DNA of 64,000 nucleotides from a virus (Duplodnaviria; Heunggongvirae; Uroviricota; Caudoviricetes): IMG/VR virus record IMGVR_UViG_2698536476_000008; one strand, 5' to 3'. Shown piece by piece: positions 1 to 12,176 of this stretch (position 1 is its first letter; each line of letters starts with the position of its first letter). The notes under the pieces were generated by a model. It saw only the letters and a program-made list of their open reading frames with translations, ran no database searches and was not told where the DNA came from. The position numbers and the translations under genes were made by a program.

Positions 1-143
1 GGCCTGGATGGGAATCCTCCGTGCCCCGAACAAATGCTGTCTTTTGTTGCAATACTTGCCACGTCATCACCAATGATTTGCTCTGATTTTCGTTATTTTA
101 ACTTAGGTTATTTGTGGTCTGTGTGGCGTTTACTTATTGCAAA

Positions 144-160
144 ATTGCTCTAATAAATAT
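144..160 (+). promoter_or_regulatory. C1-repressor operator-like site (ATTGCTCTAATAAATAT, 1 mismatch to the 17-bp P1 operator consensus)
   Basis: Direct read of 17-mer; the same motif recurs at many operon starts in this window. Confidence 0.6.
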
Positions 161-231
161 TGTTTTTTATGTCGTGTTTTCGGTACCATTCAGCCATCGC
201 CCTTCAATGGGCATTTGTTTGGAGTCGTCAG

Positions 232-516
232 ATGCAGATGGAGCTAATAAGCCGCAAGGAGTTCGATAGCCGTGTAACCAGCGGTGAACTCGACAACTTG
301 CAGGCTATCAAGGTGAAAGAAGGCTTTTGCCTCATTGGGAATCAGAGCGGAACAAATCGCGTTTTTATGCTTCGCCGTACGGATTTGAAGCCATTTGTCT
401 GGAAGAACGAAATTGGTCCCAGCTCATACGCTCAAACGAGGGGGTGCCACAACCTGGCCTTTTTCTACAAAGACGAGCTTTCTGTGGTTGATATTCAAGG
501 GTTACAACATGTTTAA
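232..516 (+). CDS. Small protein upstream of the rdgC homolog (position of P1 uhr); start chosen at internal ATG with GGAG 7 nt upstream
   Basis: ORF 160..516 in track; ATG at 232 preceded by ggag; ends overlapping hrdC start. Confidence 0.35.
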   Translation: MQMELISRKEFDSRVTSGELDNLQAIKVKEGFCLIGNQSGTNRVFMLRRTDLKPFVWKNEIGPSSYAQTRGCHNLAFFYKDELSVVDIQGLQHV

Positions 517-1414
517 GCACTGGAAAAACATTACTATTTATAAACTTTCTCGTGAGGCGGATCTGACCGACTTAGAAGATAAAAAGAAAATGATCCTTTT
601 CACGCCATGCGGTAGTCAGGATATGGCCAAGTTCGGTTTTGTATCTCCATTTGGTGATAATTCCGAAGTTATCGCTATGCATGGAAATGGTTTTATCCTT
701 GTTGAAGCAAAGCGCGAAACAAAAATTCTTCCCCCGCCGGTTATCCAGCGAGCTATTCAAGAAAAAATTGAAAAACTTGAGCAAGAACAAGCGCGTAAAC
801 TGAAGAAAACAGAGAAGGACTCCCTGAAAGACGAAGTTCTGCATTCTCTTCTGCCACGGGCTTTTTCAAAGTTTTCTGTTATCCAGGCGATCTACGACGG
901 TTCAACTAAACGTATCTATATCAATGCCAGCGCGCGGCAGGCAGAGGATATGCTCGCGCTTATGCGTAAGTCTCTGGGTTCTCTTCCTGTTGTTCCCCTG
1001 AGTGTTGAAAATCCCATTGAATTAACGCTGACCGACTGGGTACGTGATGGTAGTGCTCCACAGGGATTTCAAATGGGGGATGCGGCAGAACTTAAGGCAG
1101 TGCTTGAGGATGGCGGTATTGCCCGAGTGAAAAAGCAGGATTTGGGAAGCGATGAAATTTCCACACACCTGGAAGCTGGCAAGCTCGTTACTAAGTTGGC
1201 ACTCGACTGGCAGAACCGCATTAAATTTACACTGGACCATAACTTCAGCCTTACCAGCGTCAAATTTGCGGATGAATTGCTTGAGCAGAACTCTGATATT
1301 GATAGTGAAGATGTTGCGCAGCGACTGGACGCAGATTTCTTCCTGTTGACCAGTGAAATTTCGTGCCTGGTTGATGCTCTGGTAAATGCCCTTGGTGGAG
1401 AGGCTAAGCAGTGA
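509..1414 (+). CDS. hrdC: RdgC-family recombination-associated protein (P1 HrdC-like)
   Basis: Translation has RdgC hallmarks [64 protein letters not shown]-terminus; start at ATG 509 within track ORF 395..1414. Confidence 0.85.
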   Translation: MFKHWKNITIYKLSREADLTDLEDKKKMILFTPCGSQDMAKFGFVSPFGDNSEVIAMHGNGFILVEAKRETKILPPPVIQRAIQEKIEKLEQEQARKLKKTEKDSLKDEVLHSLLPRAFSKFSVIQAIYDGSTKRIYINASARQAEDMLALMRKSLGSLPVVPLSVENPIELTLTDWVRDGSAPQGFQMGDAAELKAVLEDGGIARVKKQDLGSDEISTHLEAGKLVTKLALDWQNRIKFTLDHNFSLTSVKFADELLEQNSDIDSEDVAQRLDADFFLLTSEISCLVDALVNALGGEAKQ

Positions 1415-3429
1415 AAGAGCTGTGCTATGGATCTGTTTGCAGTGGAATTGAAGCCGCGAGTATTGCCTGGGAACCGTTGGGTATGCGTCCGGCGTGGTTT
1501 GCTGAAATCGAGCCTTTTCCATCTGCCGTTCTTGCGCACCGCTGGCCCCATGTCGCCAACCTTGGCGACATGACAAAACTTGCCAAAAAAGTCCTGGCTG
1601 GGGAAATCGAATCCCCTGATGTGCTCGTCGGGGGTACGCCTTGTCAGGCATTCAGTATCGCGGGCTTACGTGGTGGGCTTGATGATGAACGCGGCGCGCT
1701 AACTTTGAAGTATGTGGAGCTTGCAAATGCAATTGACGACAAACGGTCTGAGTCCTTCCTCAAACCGACAGTTATCGTCTGGGAAAATGTCCCAGGAGTC
1801 CTGTCATCGGCAGATAACGCCTTCGGATGTTTCCTTGCCGGATTGGCTGGAGAAGATGCGCCATTTGAACCAGGTGATCGACCTGAATCAGGAAAAAGTA
1901 ACGCGTTCTGGCGGTGGGATGGCAAAACCGGTTGCCATGCTCCAAAGTGGCCGCAGTGTGGTTGTATTTATGGACCGCAGCGAAAGGTGGCCTGGAGAAT
2001 CCTTGATGCCCAATACTTCGGAGTGGCACAACGACGCCGACGCGTGTTTGTTGTCGCAAGTGCTCGAACAGACCTCGATCCCGCAACGGTACTTTTTGAG
2101 TTCGAAGGCGTGCGCCGGAATATTGCGCCGAGCAGAGGCGAGGGGAAGGAAACTACCAGATATACTTCAAACATCGCTATCAGATCTTGCGATGATACAA
2201 ACATAGTTGCCATGGCACATGGGCAAGGAGGGGCTGAGATAAAAACCGATAATTCGGCACCAACTTTGACATGTAACCATGAAGCACCAATTGTATTGCT
2301 CGTCGACGGTAGAATGCGCCGTCTTATCCCTGTCGAATGTGAAAGGCTGCAAGGTTTTCCTGATGGACATACATTGATCCCTACGGAAAAGCGTAAAAAA
2401 GTTTCTTCAGATGAACTGGCATACCTTCGCAAAAACTATCCTGATTTGAGCGAAGAAGAGGCCGCGATGCTTGCAGCTGACGGACCGCGTTACAAAGCGA
2501 TCGGCAATAGTATGGCGATACCAGTAATGCGCTGGATTGGCGATCGGATTGCCAAGGCTGCATGTCGGCAGAAGGAAGGGAGTGAAACAAAAGAGCGAAA
2601 AGTTAAACCAGCGGCAGAATTCGAACGGTCCATATTCAAATGGGCTGGTGGAAAATTTGGTGTTCTGGAACAAATCTTTCGCTATTTGCCAGAAGGGAAG
2701 CGCCTGATTGAGCCTTTCGTTGGTGGCGGAGCTGTCTTCATGAATGCCGGATACCAGGAAAATCTGCTAAATGATGTGAATGCTGACCTGATTAACTTTT
2801 ACAAGACTCTGCAACGCGAGGCGCATTCACTTATCACTCTGGCACATCGTTTCTTCCAGGACTACAACACGCAGGAAGGATACCTGGCAGTACGGAATGC
2901 GTTTAACAAACAAGTCTATGATGATTTACATCGCGCAGCGGCGTTTTTGTTCCTGAACCGACATTGTTTTAACGGATTGACGCGTTACAACCAAGCCGGT
3001 GAGTTCAATGTCGGTTATGGGAAGTATAAAACTCCGTATTTCCCATTGCAGGAGATGGAAGCCTTCCTTGGTGCGGAAGGGCGTTCTGAGTTTGTATGTG
3101 GTGATTTTGCTGCGGTGATTGAAGCTGCCGGAGAAGGAGATGTCATCTTTTGTGATCCGCCGTATGAACCGCTCCCAAATACAGAGGGATTCACGAACTA
3201 TTCCGGTCATGACTTTAAGTTTGAAGAGCAAAAACGCCTGGCGTCTCTGTTGACGGATGCTCATCGCCGAGGTGCAAAGGTTCTCATTACTAACAGTGGC
3301 GCGCCAAACATCAGAGAACTTTATCAGGACAGTGGCTTCAGAGTGGAACCTCTTTTTGCCAGACGTTCTGTGTCTTGTAAGGGGGACACTCGAGGTGTTG
3401 CTCATGACGTTATAGCAATATTGCTCTAA
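1411..3429 (+). CDS. dmt: Bifunctional DNA methyltransferase: N-terminal C5-cytosine MTase ([17 protein letters not shown]) fused to C-terminal Dam-like N6-adenine MTase (DPPY)
   Basis: 672-aa ORF; GTG start overlaps hrdC stop (translational coupling); motifs read directly from translation. Confidence 0.85.
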   Translation: MKELCYGSVCSGIEAASIAWEPLGMRPAWFAEIEPFPSAVLAHRWPHVANLGDMTKLAKKVLAGEIESPDVLVGGTPCQAFSIAGLRGGLDDERGALTLKYVELANAIDDKRSESFLKPTVIVWENVPGVLSSADNAFGCFLAGLAGEDAPFEPGDRPESGKSNAFWRWDGKTGCHAPKWPQCGCIYGPQRKVAWRILDAQYFGVAQRRRRVFVVASARTDLDPATVLFEFEGVRRNIAPSRGEGKETTRYTSNIAIRSCDDTNIVAMAHGQGGAEIKTDNSAPTLTCNHEAPIVLLVDGRMRRLIPVECERLQGFPDGHTLIPTEKRKKVSSDELAYLRKNYPDLSEEEAAMLAADGPRYKAIGNSMAIPVMRWIGDRIAKAACRQKEGSETKERKVKPAAEFERSIFKWAGGKFGVLEQIFRYLPEGKRLIEPFVGGGAVFMNAGYQENLLNDVNADLINFYKTLQREAHSLITLAHRFFQDYNTQEGYLAVRNAFNKQVYDDLHRAAAFLFLNRHCFNGLTRYNQAGEFNVGYGKYKTPYFPLQEMEAFLGAEGRSEFVCGDFAAVIEAAGEGDVIFCDPPYEPLPNTEGFTNYSGHDFKFEEQKRLASLLTDAHRRGAKVLITNSGAPNIRELYQDSGFRVEPLFARRSVSCKGDTRGVAHDVIAILL

Positions 3430-3436
3430 TAAATTT
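3420..3436 (+). promoter_or_regulatory. Perfect C1 operator consensus ATTGCTCTAATAAATTT overlapping the dmt stop codon
   Basis: Exact 17/17 match; TAA stop of dmt at 3427-3429 lies inside it. Confidence 0.65.
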
Positions 3437-3613
3437 ATTAGTGTAATATCGCATCAATGAATCGTGATTTATAGAGCGATTTAGCTGTTAGCCGCGACAG
3501 GCGCGGCGGCAAGTATGGCGGGGTAGTGACTCCTTCCCCCTCATGACGCCGAGTTGCCAGGTTGACCATACGCCTAAGTGGCAACACCGAAGTGCGTTAC
3601 GAGCTTCCAGTTT

Positions 3614-3639
3614 GCCCATCTTCGGGTGGGCGTTTTTTT
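3614..3639 (+). terminator. Rho-independent terminator-like hairpin (gcccatcttcgggtgggc + T7)
   Basis: GC stem with 4-nt loop followed by T-tract. Confidence 0.5.
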
Positions 3640-3826
3640 CAGGGTTTTCGTCATGGTTAGCGACTTTGCGGCGGTTTAGAAACTGACCATTAAAGTAAAT
3701 GCAAACGATGATCTGATGATGGTAGCGGCATAAGAAGCCAGACGCCACGGGGTATGAGTCGTCCCCCGTCAAAAAATCGACCGCAGAGTGTCCCCGTCTG
3801 TGTATTAGGGAACGGGGAGGCACAAC

Positions 3827-3902
3827 AGGTAAGGGCGCTGGTGTGATTAACCAGATGAACGAGAAGGGGCCATCTGTTGGTCAGCGTCCTTTCCTGTTGC
3901 GT
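3827..3902. repeat. Solitary copy of the long-stem hairpin element (stem AACAGGTAAGGGCGC / GCGTCCTTTCCTGTT) in the tRNA leader
   Basis: Inverted repeat read directly; related to the array at 4259-5075. Confidence 0.4.
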
Positions 3903-4104
3903 CTTCTTTTCAGCGTAACAGCGGTGCTTAACAGCACTTTGGGTACAGTTCCACGAATTTACGGGTATATCCCGTCATGCTGAAAGCGCTAATCACGCTG
4001 GAAGCCAGGGTTATGCATCCCCTGTTACCGAATTGCAGCCAGGGCGCGGTGCGCCGAAAAGCATACGGAGGTGGAAGCCCTCGCCGGAGACGTACCCGGC
4101 AAGT

Positions 4105-4180
4105 GATGGTGTAGCTCAGCGGTTAGAGCGGTTGACTGTTAATCAACGGGTCGATGGTTCAAATCCATCCACCATCGCCA
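4105..4180 (+). tRNA. tRNA-Asn (anticodon GUU)
   Basis: 76-nt cloverleaf: acceptor GATGGTG/CACCATC, D-arm GCTCAGCGGTTAGAGC, anticodon loop CUGUUAA, T-arm GGTTCAAATCC, 3' CCA encoded. Confidence 0.9.
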
Positions 4181-4182
4181 AT

Positions 4183-4258
4183 GCCGGTTTAGCTCAGTTG
4201 GTAGAGCGCCTGCCTTGTAAGCAGGATGTCAGCGGTTCGATTCCGTTAATCGGCACCA
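4183..4258 (+). tRNA. tRNA-Thr (anticodon UGU)
   Basis: Acceptor GCCGGTT/AATCGGC, anticodon stem CCTGC/GCAGG with loop CTTGTAA, T-arm GGTTCGATTCC, CCA encoded. Confidence 0.9.
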
Positions 4259-5075
4259 GCACAACAGGTAAGGGTATTTTGCGACGTCGGAGATCGCCGA
4301 GCTTGGCAGAGGGTTCGAATCCCTACGAAGTACCCTTACCGTTGTGATGAATGCGCAGGCTGATGCGCGAAAGACATTGCAGCTATTGCGGAAAAGAGCT
4401 GTTCGGCGGGGCAATTAAACGCCCGTGAGAGTCTGAAATAACCGCAAGCCGGAGATCAGCACCGGTCATCACAACACAACAGGTAAGGGCATTCTCCCTT
4501 ATGGGGCTTGGCTTAAATGCATCGAGTGCTCTTACCGTTGTGATGAAGTGCAGCTCTTTGAAGCAACCAGAAGATAAGCATCTGGCTTCACAACATAAAC
4601 CGCAGGAACGACCAATAAACGGTAGTCCGTATGGAGAACACCCCGTTGAGGAAGAGGCCTGGCCGGAACCGTAACCGGCACTACAACGTTGAGAACACTG
4701 GCGTAACGGGGTCATATCCCAATCTACGAATAAATGTTGCGTTGCAGCGTGACAACCAGTGTTCTCAACATTGTGGTGAATGCACAGGCTGATGTGCCGC
4801 AACTACAGTAGTGCGCGCTTTGCGGGGCTTGCTACAACCCTGTGTCGGAGTTCAGCACCGACCATCACAGTTTGATTCTCTGGCATGAGCATAACGCTGA
4901 AATAAGTCCAGCCTGGTGCGGCCCGATCACCCGCCGTTAGCTCCACGAAACGGAGCACGTAACAGGTAAGAGCATTCTCCTGTAACGGGTTCATATCCCA
5001 ATCTACAGGTCCACCAAGAATGCTCTTTCCGTTGCGGTGAATGCGGCTAAGCGCACGCGGGGAAATGGTTATATC
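4259..5075. repeat. Tandem array of about four diverged units, each a long-stem hairpin (stem core ACAACAGGTAAGRGC ... GCYCTTACCGTTGTG) with variable loop plus conserved trailer GRTGAATGCRCAGGCTGATGYGC
   Basis: Inverted repeats at about 4262-4345, 4477-4553, 4697-4775, 4958-5040; trailer boxes at 4345-4369, 4775-4798, 5037-5060. Confidence 0.6.
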
Positions 5076-5186
5076 AGTCCATTCATTTCTCCTTGTTTCC
5101 CCGTCCACGGTGGATAACCAGCCAAAGGACACCGGGAGGCACCCGGCACCGCAGCTTTTTTATTCGTTAAATAATGGAGTGAGAGG

Positions 5187-5423
5187 ATGCAGAACAATTC
5201 GAACAAATGTCGAACGCTATGGGTGCGGTTATATATTTATGCCGTCCTCTGTTTGATTGTGTCACTGGTTCTGTATGTTTGGCTTTTGCCAAATATGATC
5301 TCATCTAACAGCACAATACTTGTATTGTTGGGAGTCCTTCTCGCGCTCATTTACCCGGCTTTCGCAGTAGTCTTTTTTCGTGAAAAAACCAGGAAATTAA
5401 TTAATGAAAAAAACGTTGATTAG
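5187..5423 (+). CDS. Small two-helix membrane protein (position of P1 upl)
   Basis: 78-aa ORF, two hydrophobic stretches, RBS-like gagagg upstream. Confidence 0.45.
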   Translation: MQNNSNKCRTLWVRLYIYAVLCLIVSLVLYVWLLPNMISSNSTILVLLGVLLALIYPAFAVVFFREKTRKLINEKNVD

Positions 5424-6231
5424 TGCAGCGATTATTTTGGGTTCTTTATGTCTGACCGGATGCGATCGGGTAGAGCCAGGTAACGTAGGGATCAAAGTAA
5501 ATAAGCTGGGGGATGATAAAGGTATCGGTGAAGTAGTTGGCGTTGGTCGCTACTGGACAGGCTTGAATACTGAAGTTTATATCTTCCCGACCTTTAAGCA
5601 AATGAAGACATACGATGAGCCGTTCAGCTTCCAGATGAGCGACGGAACAACCATTGGTTACCACATCGGCGTAGCCTACAAGGTTGATCCAGCAAAAGTC
5701 ACAACGGTATTTCAGACCTATCGCAAAGGTGTAGATGATATTACTGATACCGATCTACGCCAGAAGGTTGCAGATGCTCTGAACCGGTTAGCCAGCAAAA
5801 TGACCACCGACAAATTTATCGACGGTGGCAAATCTGAATTGCTTGATGCAGCCCTTAAAGACATTCAGGAAGAAATGACGCCAATCGGCATTCAGGTGAT
5901 GAGCCTCTCTTATGTAGGTAAGCCAGAATACCCGCCAACAGTTATTGACAGTATTAACGCCAAAGTCACGGCAAACCAAAAAACCCTGCAACGCGAGCAA
6001 GAGGTCAAACAACGTGAAGCAGAGGCCAACATGCTGCGCGCGGAAGCTGCCGGACAGGCTGATGCTATTCGCACAAAAGCCCAGGCCGAAGCTGATGCCA
6101 TTCGTTTACGTGGTGAAGCTCTGCGCCAGAACCCCGGTGTTATGGAGTTGGAAGCGATCAACAAATGGAACGGTACATTACCGCAGTATATGACCAGTAA
6201 TACCGCTGTTCCGTTTGTTCCGGTGAAATAA
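5404..6231 (+). CDS. Lipoprotein with SPFH/band-7 (prohibitin-like) domain (position of P1 plp)
   Basis: Signal peptide with lipobox LTGC; coiled C-terminal region typical of SPFH proteins. Confidence 0.65.
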   Translation: MKKTLISAAIILGSLCLTGCDRVEPGNVGIKVNKLGDDKGIGEVVGVGRYWTGLNTEVYIFPTFKQMKTYDEPFSFQMSDGTTIGYHIGVAYKVDPAKVTTVFQTYRKGVDDITDTDLRQKVADALNRLASKMTTDKFIDGGKSELLDAALKDIQEEMTPIGIQVMSLSYVGKPEYPPTVIDSINAKVTANQKTLQREQEVKQREAEANMLRAEAAGQADAIRTKAQAEADAIRLRGEALRQNPGVMELEAINKWNGTLPQYMTSNTAVPFVPVK

Positions 6232-6258
6232 AAGCGTAAGCAAAATTGGCAGTAATCC

Positions 6259-6334
6259 GGCCCTTTAGCTCAGTGGTTAGAGCTGGCGACTCATAATCGC
6301 ACGGTCACCGGTTCAAGTCCGGTAGGGGCCACCA
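6259..6334 (+). tRNA. tRNA with anticodon CAU, tRNA-Ile2 (lysidine) type by similarity to enterobacterial ileX
   Basis: Acceptor GGCCCTT/AGGGGCC, anticodon loop CTCATAA, T-arm GGTTCAAGTCC, CCA encoded. Confidence 0.85.
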
Positions 6335-6620
6335 TATTTGGTTGTAACACGGCGTCTGGCACATGCGTCGTTAGCGGTCTGGTGACGTTAAAAGGGGGGA
6401 ACCTTGCCCCTAGCTCAGGCAACGAACCAGGTAGCCGGAATGTGCAAGCCACCGTTTGTTGTTTCTCGGGTAAAGGGATTCACCATCCTGGCGATTCGGT
6501 GTGACAGCCGGGAAGAGTCCGGCGCATTAATCCTGATTTTCTGGTGATGACTCATATCGTTAGGAGTGATTTGAGTATGCCGATTATATCTGACATTCAG
6601 CACGCCTGGGTGGAGTGCTA

Positions 6621-7985
6621 ATGTCTGCATCCCCTCTTGAATCCATGCCAAATTCCCTTAGTGCAGAACAAGCTGTACTTGGTGGCTTAATGCTTGATAA
6701 CTGCCGCTGGGATGAAGTTGCAGATCGTATAGTTGCTGATGATTTTTATACCAGTGCTCATCGTGAAATTTTCAGTGAGATGGAGAGGTTATTAAGTCAT
6801 GGCAAACCGATTGATTTGATAACACTTGCTGAAGCACTTGAACAGAACGGTAAATTAGAACGCGCCGGTGGTTTTGCGTACCTTGCGGAGATGTCAAAGA
6901 ACACGCCCAGCGCGGCAAATATTTGTGCTTATGCGGATATCGTTCGTGAACGCGCGGTTGTTCGTGAAATGATTTCCGTCGCAAATGAAATAGCCGAAGC
7001 TGGATATGCGCAGGATGGCAGGGGCAGCAATGAATTGCTGGATATGGCCGAGCGCCGCGTTTTTGAAATAGCTGAAAAACGACAAAAGAGCGGTAGTGGT
7101 CCAAAAGATATCGCCAGCATTCTCGATGCAACGGTATCTCGCATAGAAGAGTTGTTTCAGCGACCACATGATGGTGTAACGGGGCTTGATACGGGATTTA
7201 CCGATATCAATAAGAAGACGGCAGGGCTTCAGCCGTCCGATCTCATCATTGTCGCCGCCCGCCCATCTATGGGGAAGACCACGTTTGCGATGAATCTCGT
7301 CGAAAATGCCGCAGTTCGTAACGATAAGCCCGTATTGGTTTTTAGCCTTGAGATGCCGAGCCACCAGCTGATGATGCGCTCACTGGCTTCTCTTGCACGC
7401 GTTGATCAGACTCGTATTCGGACAGGGCAACTTAACGACGAGGATTGGGCGCGGGTTTCTGGCGCAATGGGTATTCTGTTGGACAAGCAGAATATTTTTA
7501 TTGATGACTCAAGCGCCCTGACACCTACAGAGCTTCGTTCCCGCGCTCGTCGTGTTTATAAAGAAAATGGTGGTTTGAGCATGATTATGATCGACTACCT
7601 GCAACTTATGCGCGTCCCCGAGCTGCAAGATAACCGAACGCTGGAAATTGCCGAGATTTCTCGCTCACTGAAGGCGTTGGCGAAGGAATTACAAGTACCG
7701 GTGGTGGCATTGTCACAACTTAATCGATCGCTTGAACAGCGTGCGGACAAACGACCGGTAAATTCAGATTTACGTGAATCAGGAGCAATTGAGCAGGACG
7801 CAGACCTGATCATGTTTCTGTATCGCGACGAAGTTTATCACCCGGATAGCGAAATGAAGGGCATTGCCGAGGTAATTATCGGAAAGCAACGAAATGGCCC
7901 AATTGGCACGGTGAGATTGGCTTTTAACGGCCAATACTCACGGTTTGATAACTATGCTGGTGCTGACTGGCAAGAGGATTATTAA
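6621..7985 (+). CDS. ban: DnaB-family replicative helicase (P1 Ban)
   Basis: Near full-length similarity to E. coli DnaB (AEQAVLGGLMLDN, SMGKTTFAMN, GKQRNGPIGTV); ATG 6621 with GGAG upstream within track ORF 6615..7985. Confidence 0.9.
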   Translation: MSASPLESMPNSLSAEQAVLGGLMLDNCRWDEVADRIVADDFYTSAHREIFSEMERLLSHGKPIDLITLAEALEQNGKLERAGGFAYLAEMSKNTPSAANICAYADIVRERAVVREMISVANEIAEAGYAQDGRGSNELLDMAERRVFEIAEKRQKSGSGPKDIASILDATVSRIEELFQRPHDGVTGLDTGFTDINKKTAGLQPSDLIIVAARPSMGKTTFAMNLVENAAVRNDKPVLVFSLEMPSHQLMMRSLASLARVDQTRIRTGQLNDEDWARVSGAMGILLDKQNIFIDDSSALTPTELRSRARRVYKENGGLSMIMIDYLQLMRVPELQDNRTLEIAEISRSLKALAKELQVPVVALSQLNRSLEQRADKRPVNSDLRESGAIEQDADLIMFLYRDEVYHPDSEMKGIAEVIIGKQRNGPIGTVRLAFNGQYSRFDNYAGADWQEDY

Positions 7986-8008
7986 TGCAATGGAATGAGG
8001 AAAAGCCG

Positions 8009-8983
8009 ATGAACATCCTGATCATTGGGCGAAAATTTGAAGCTATCAGTGATGTGAAAACATATACGGAAATGTGGGCTTATAACCTGGCCTGCGCCTT
8101 TAGTGAGGCAGGGGTAACATTGCAATACCATCGTCCATATTCCCCTGGCGTCGAAAGCCCGGAGGATTATGTTGAAGCTGTGTTGACTGCTGCGACCGCA
8201 TGTTCTGCGAAGGCCATTTTGGCACCAGGATTGAGGTATTTTACTACGGTACCCAGGGAAATAGGCATGCAACTGTGTCGCCGATTCTCTGGATGGGTAG
8301 CCCAGGTATATGACGGTTCTATGCTGGATTCGGCACCAGTCGATATTACTTTTACTGTCCGCGATGATACCTGGCGGTACCTGGATAATCCCGGCAGGTT
8401 AGAGCGTCATAATCGTTTTAACAAACATGTTGGATGGGCAGCGAATCAGGAGCTGTTCCATCTGGAAACCAAAACGGACGATGTTCTGCGTATTTTTGTA
8501 GACCACGCTGCATTTGATGTTAGTGGTTTTGATCACTCCTTAAGTATCCTTATGAACCTTCAGCGTCTGACCGTTCCGTATGAGGCCAGAACGTTGACTG
8601 ATGACGGATTGGTTACCATTGATCCGGGGAATATTTCGGTAACTCCATACAGGCGGACGCCGGTGCCAGCAACCGAATTTGCAGCTGAATTGCGTAAGAG
8701 TGACGTGTTTATCGTTACGCATCCCGAAAGCCTTGGATTAACTGTACTTGAGGCGGCAATGTGCGGGGCGTTGGTATTAACGCCTCCCGATTGCCTTCCG
8801 CCAGATCGCTTGGCTTTGGTGAACCATATGGTTATCAAGTCGCGGATTGATTGGGATGAGGTTATTGCTCGCGTTGATCGCGTGAAAAATGCTGAAAAGG
8901 TCCAGTGTCACACCTGGTCGGCAATTGCGGAAAAGATGCTTGAGACGTTTATCACGCAGAAACCGTCGTGCGGTAACGGATAA
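8009..8983 (+). CDS. Dbn-position protein with GT-B glycosyltransferase-like C-terminal motif (ESLGLTVLEAAMCGALVL); alternative start 7985
   Basis: ORF track 7985..8983; ATG 8009 has GAGGA 8 nt upstream. Confidence 0.5.
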   Translation: MNILIIGRKFEAISDVKTYTEMWAYNLACAFSEAGVTLQYHRPYSPGVESPEDYVEAVLTAATACSAKAILAPGLRYFTTVPREIGMQLCRRFSGWVAQVYDGSMLDSAPVDITFTVRDDTWRYLDNPGRLERHNRFNKHVGWAANQELFHLETKTDDVLRIFVDHAAFDVSGFDHSLSILMNLQRLTVPYEARTLTDDGLVTIDPGNISVTPYRRTPVPATEFAAELRKSDVFIVTHPESLGLTVLEAAMCGALVLTPPDCLPPDRLALVNHMVIKSRIDWDEVIARVDRVKNAEKVQCHTWSAIAEKMLETFITQKPSCGNG

Positions 8984-9009
8984 AAAATTGAACCCGTCAT
9001 AACAGAAAA

Positions 9010-9029
9010 GCCCGAACGCCGGGCTTTTC

Positions 9030-9030
<1 letters not shown>
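9010..9030. terminator. Bidirectional Rho-independent terminator (gcccgaacgccgggc flanked by A- and T-tracts) between convergent dbn and tail genes
   Basis: Hairpin plus flanking runs read directly. Confidence 0.6.

Positions 9031-12176
<3,146 letters not shown>

Noticed and set aside
160-516. Full-length 118-aa version of the first ORF
   Set aside because: Its ATG at 160 sits immediately after the operator/promoter with no room for a leader or RBS; the internal ATG at 232 with GGAG upstream is more plausible, and even that is low confidence.
1022-1651. 209-aa minus-strand ORF overlapping hrdC and dmt
   Set aside because: Antisense to two well-supported, translationally coupled genes.
3488-3823. 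111-aa minus-strand ORF downstream of dmt
   Set aside because: Lies in the structured non-coding leader containing a terminator hairpin and repeat copy; no RBS, arginine/cysteine-rich unnatural composition.
4033-4347. 104-aa plus-strand ORF in the six-frame track
   Set aside because: It runs straight through the tRNA-Asn and tRNA-Thr genes; the translation is an artefact of open frame across structured RNA.
4259-5075. CRISPR array interpretation of the repeat region
   Set aside because: Units are imperfect inverted repeats enclosing variable loops rather than identical direct repeats with uniform spacers; no leader or cas genes anywhere in the window.
4259-5075. Integron attC sites or retron msr/msd
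   Set aside because: The terminal cores do not fit the attC R-box consensus, and there is no integrase or reverse transcriptase gene nearby.
4383-5132. Minus-strand ORFs (139 aa and 109 aa) across the hairpin-repeat array
   Set aside because: They are made of the inverted-repeat units themselves; the translations are low-complexity and there are no start signals.
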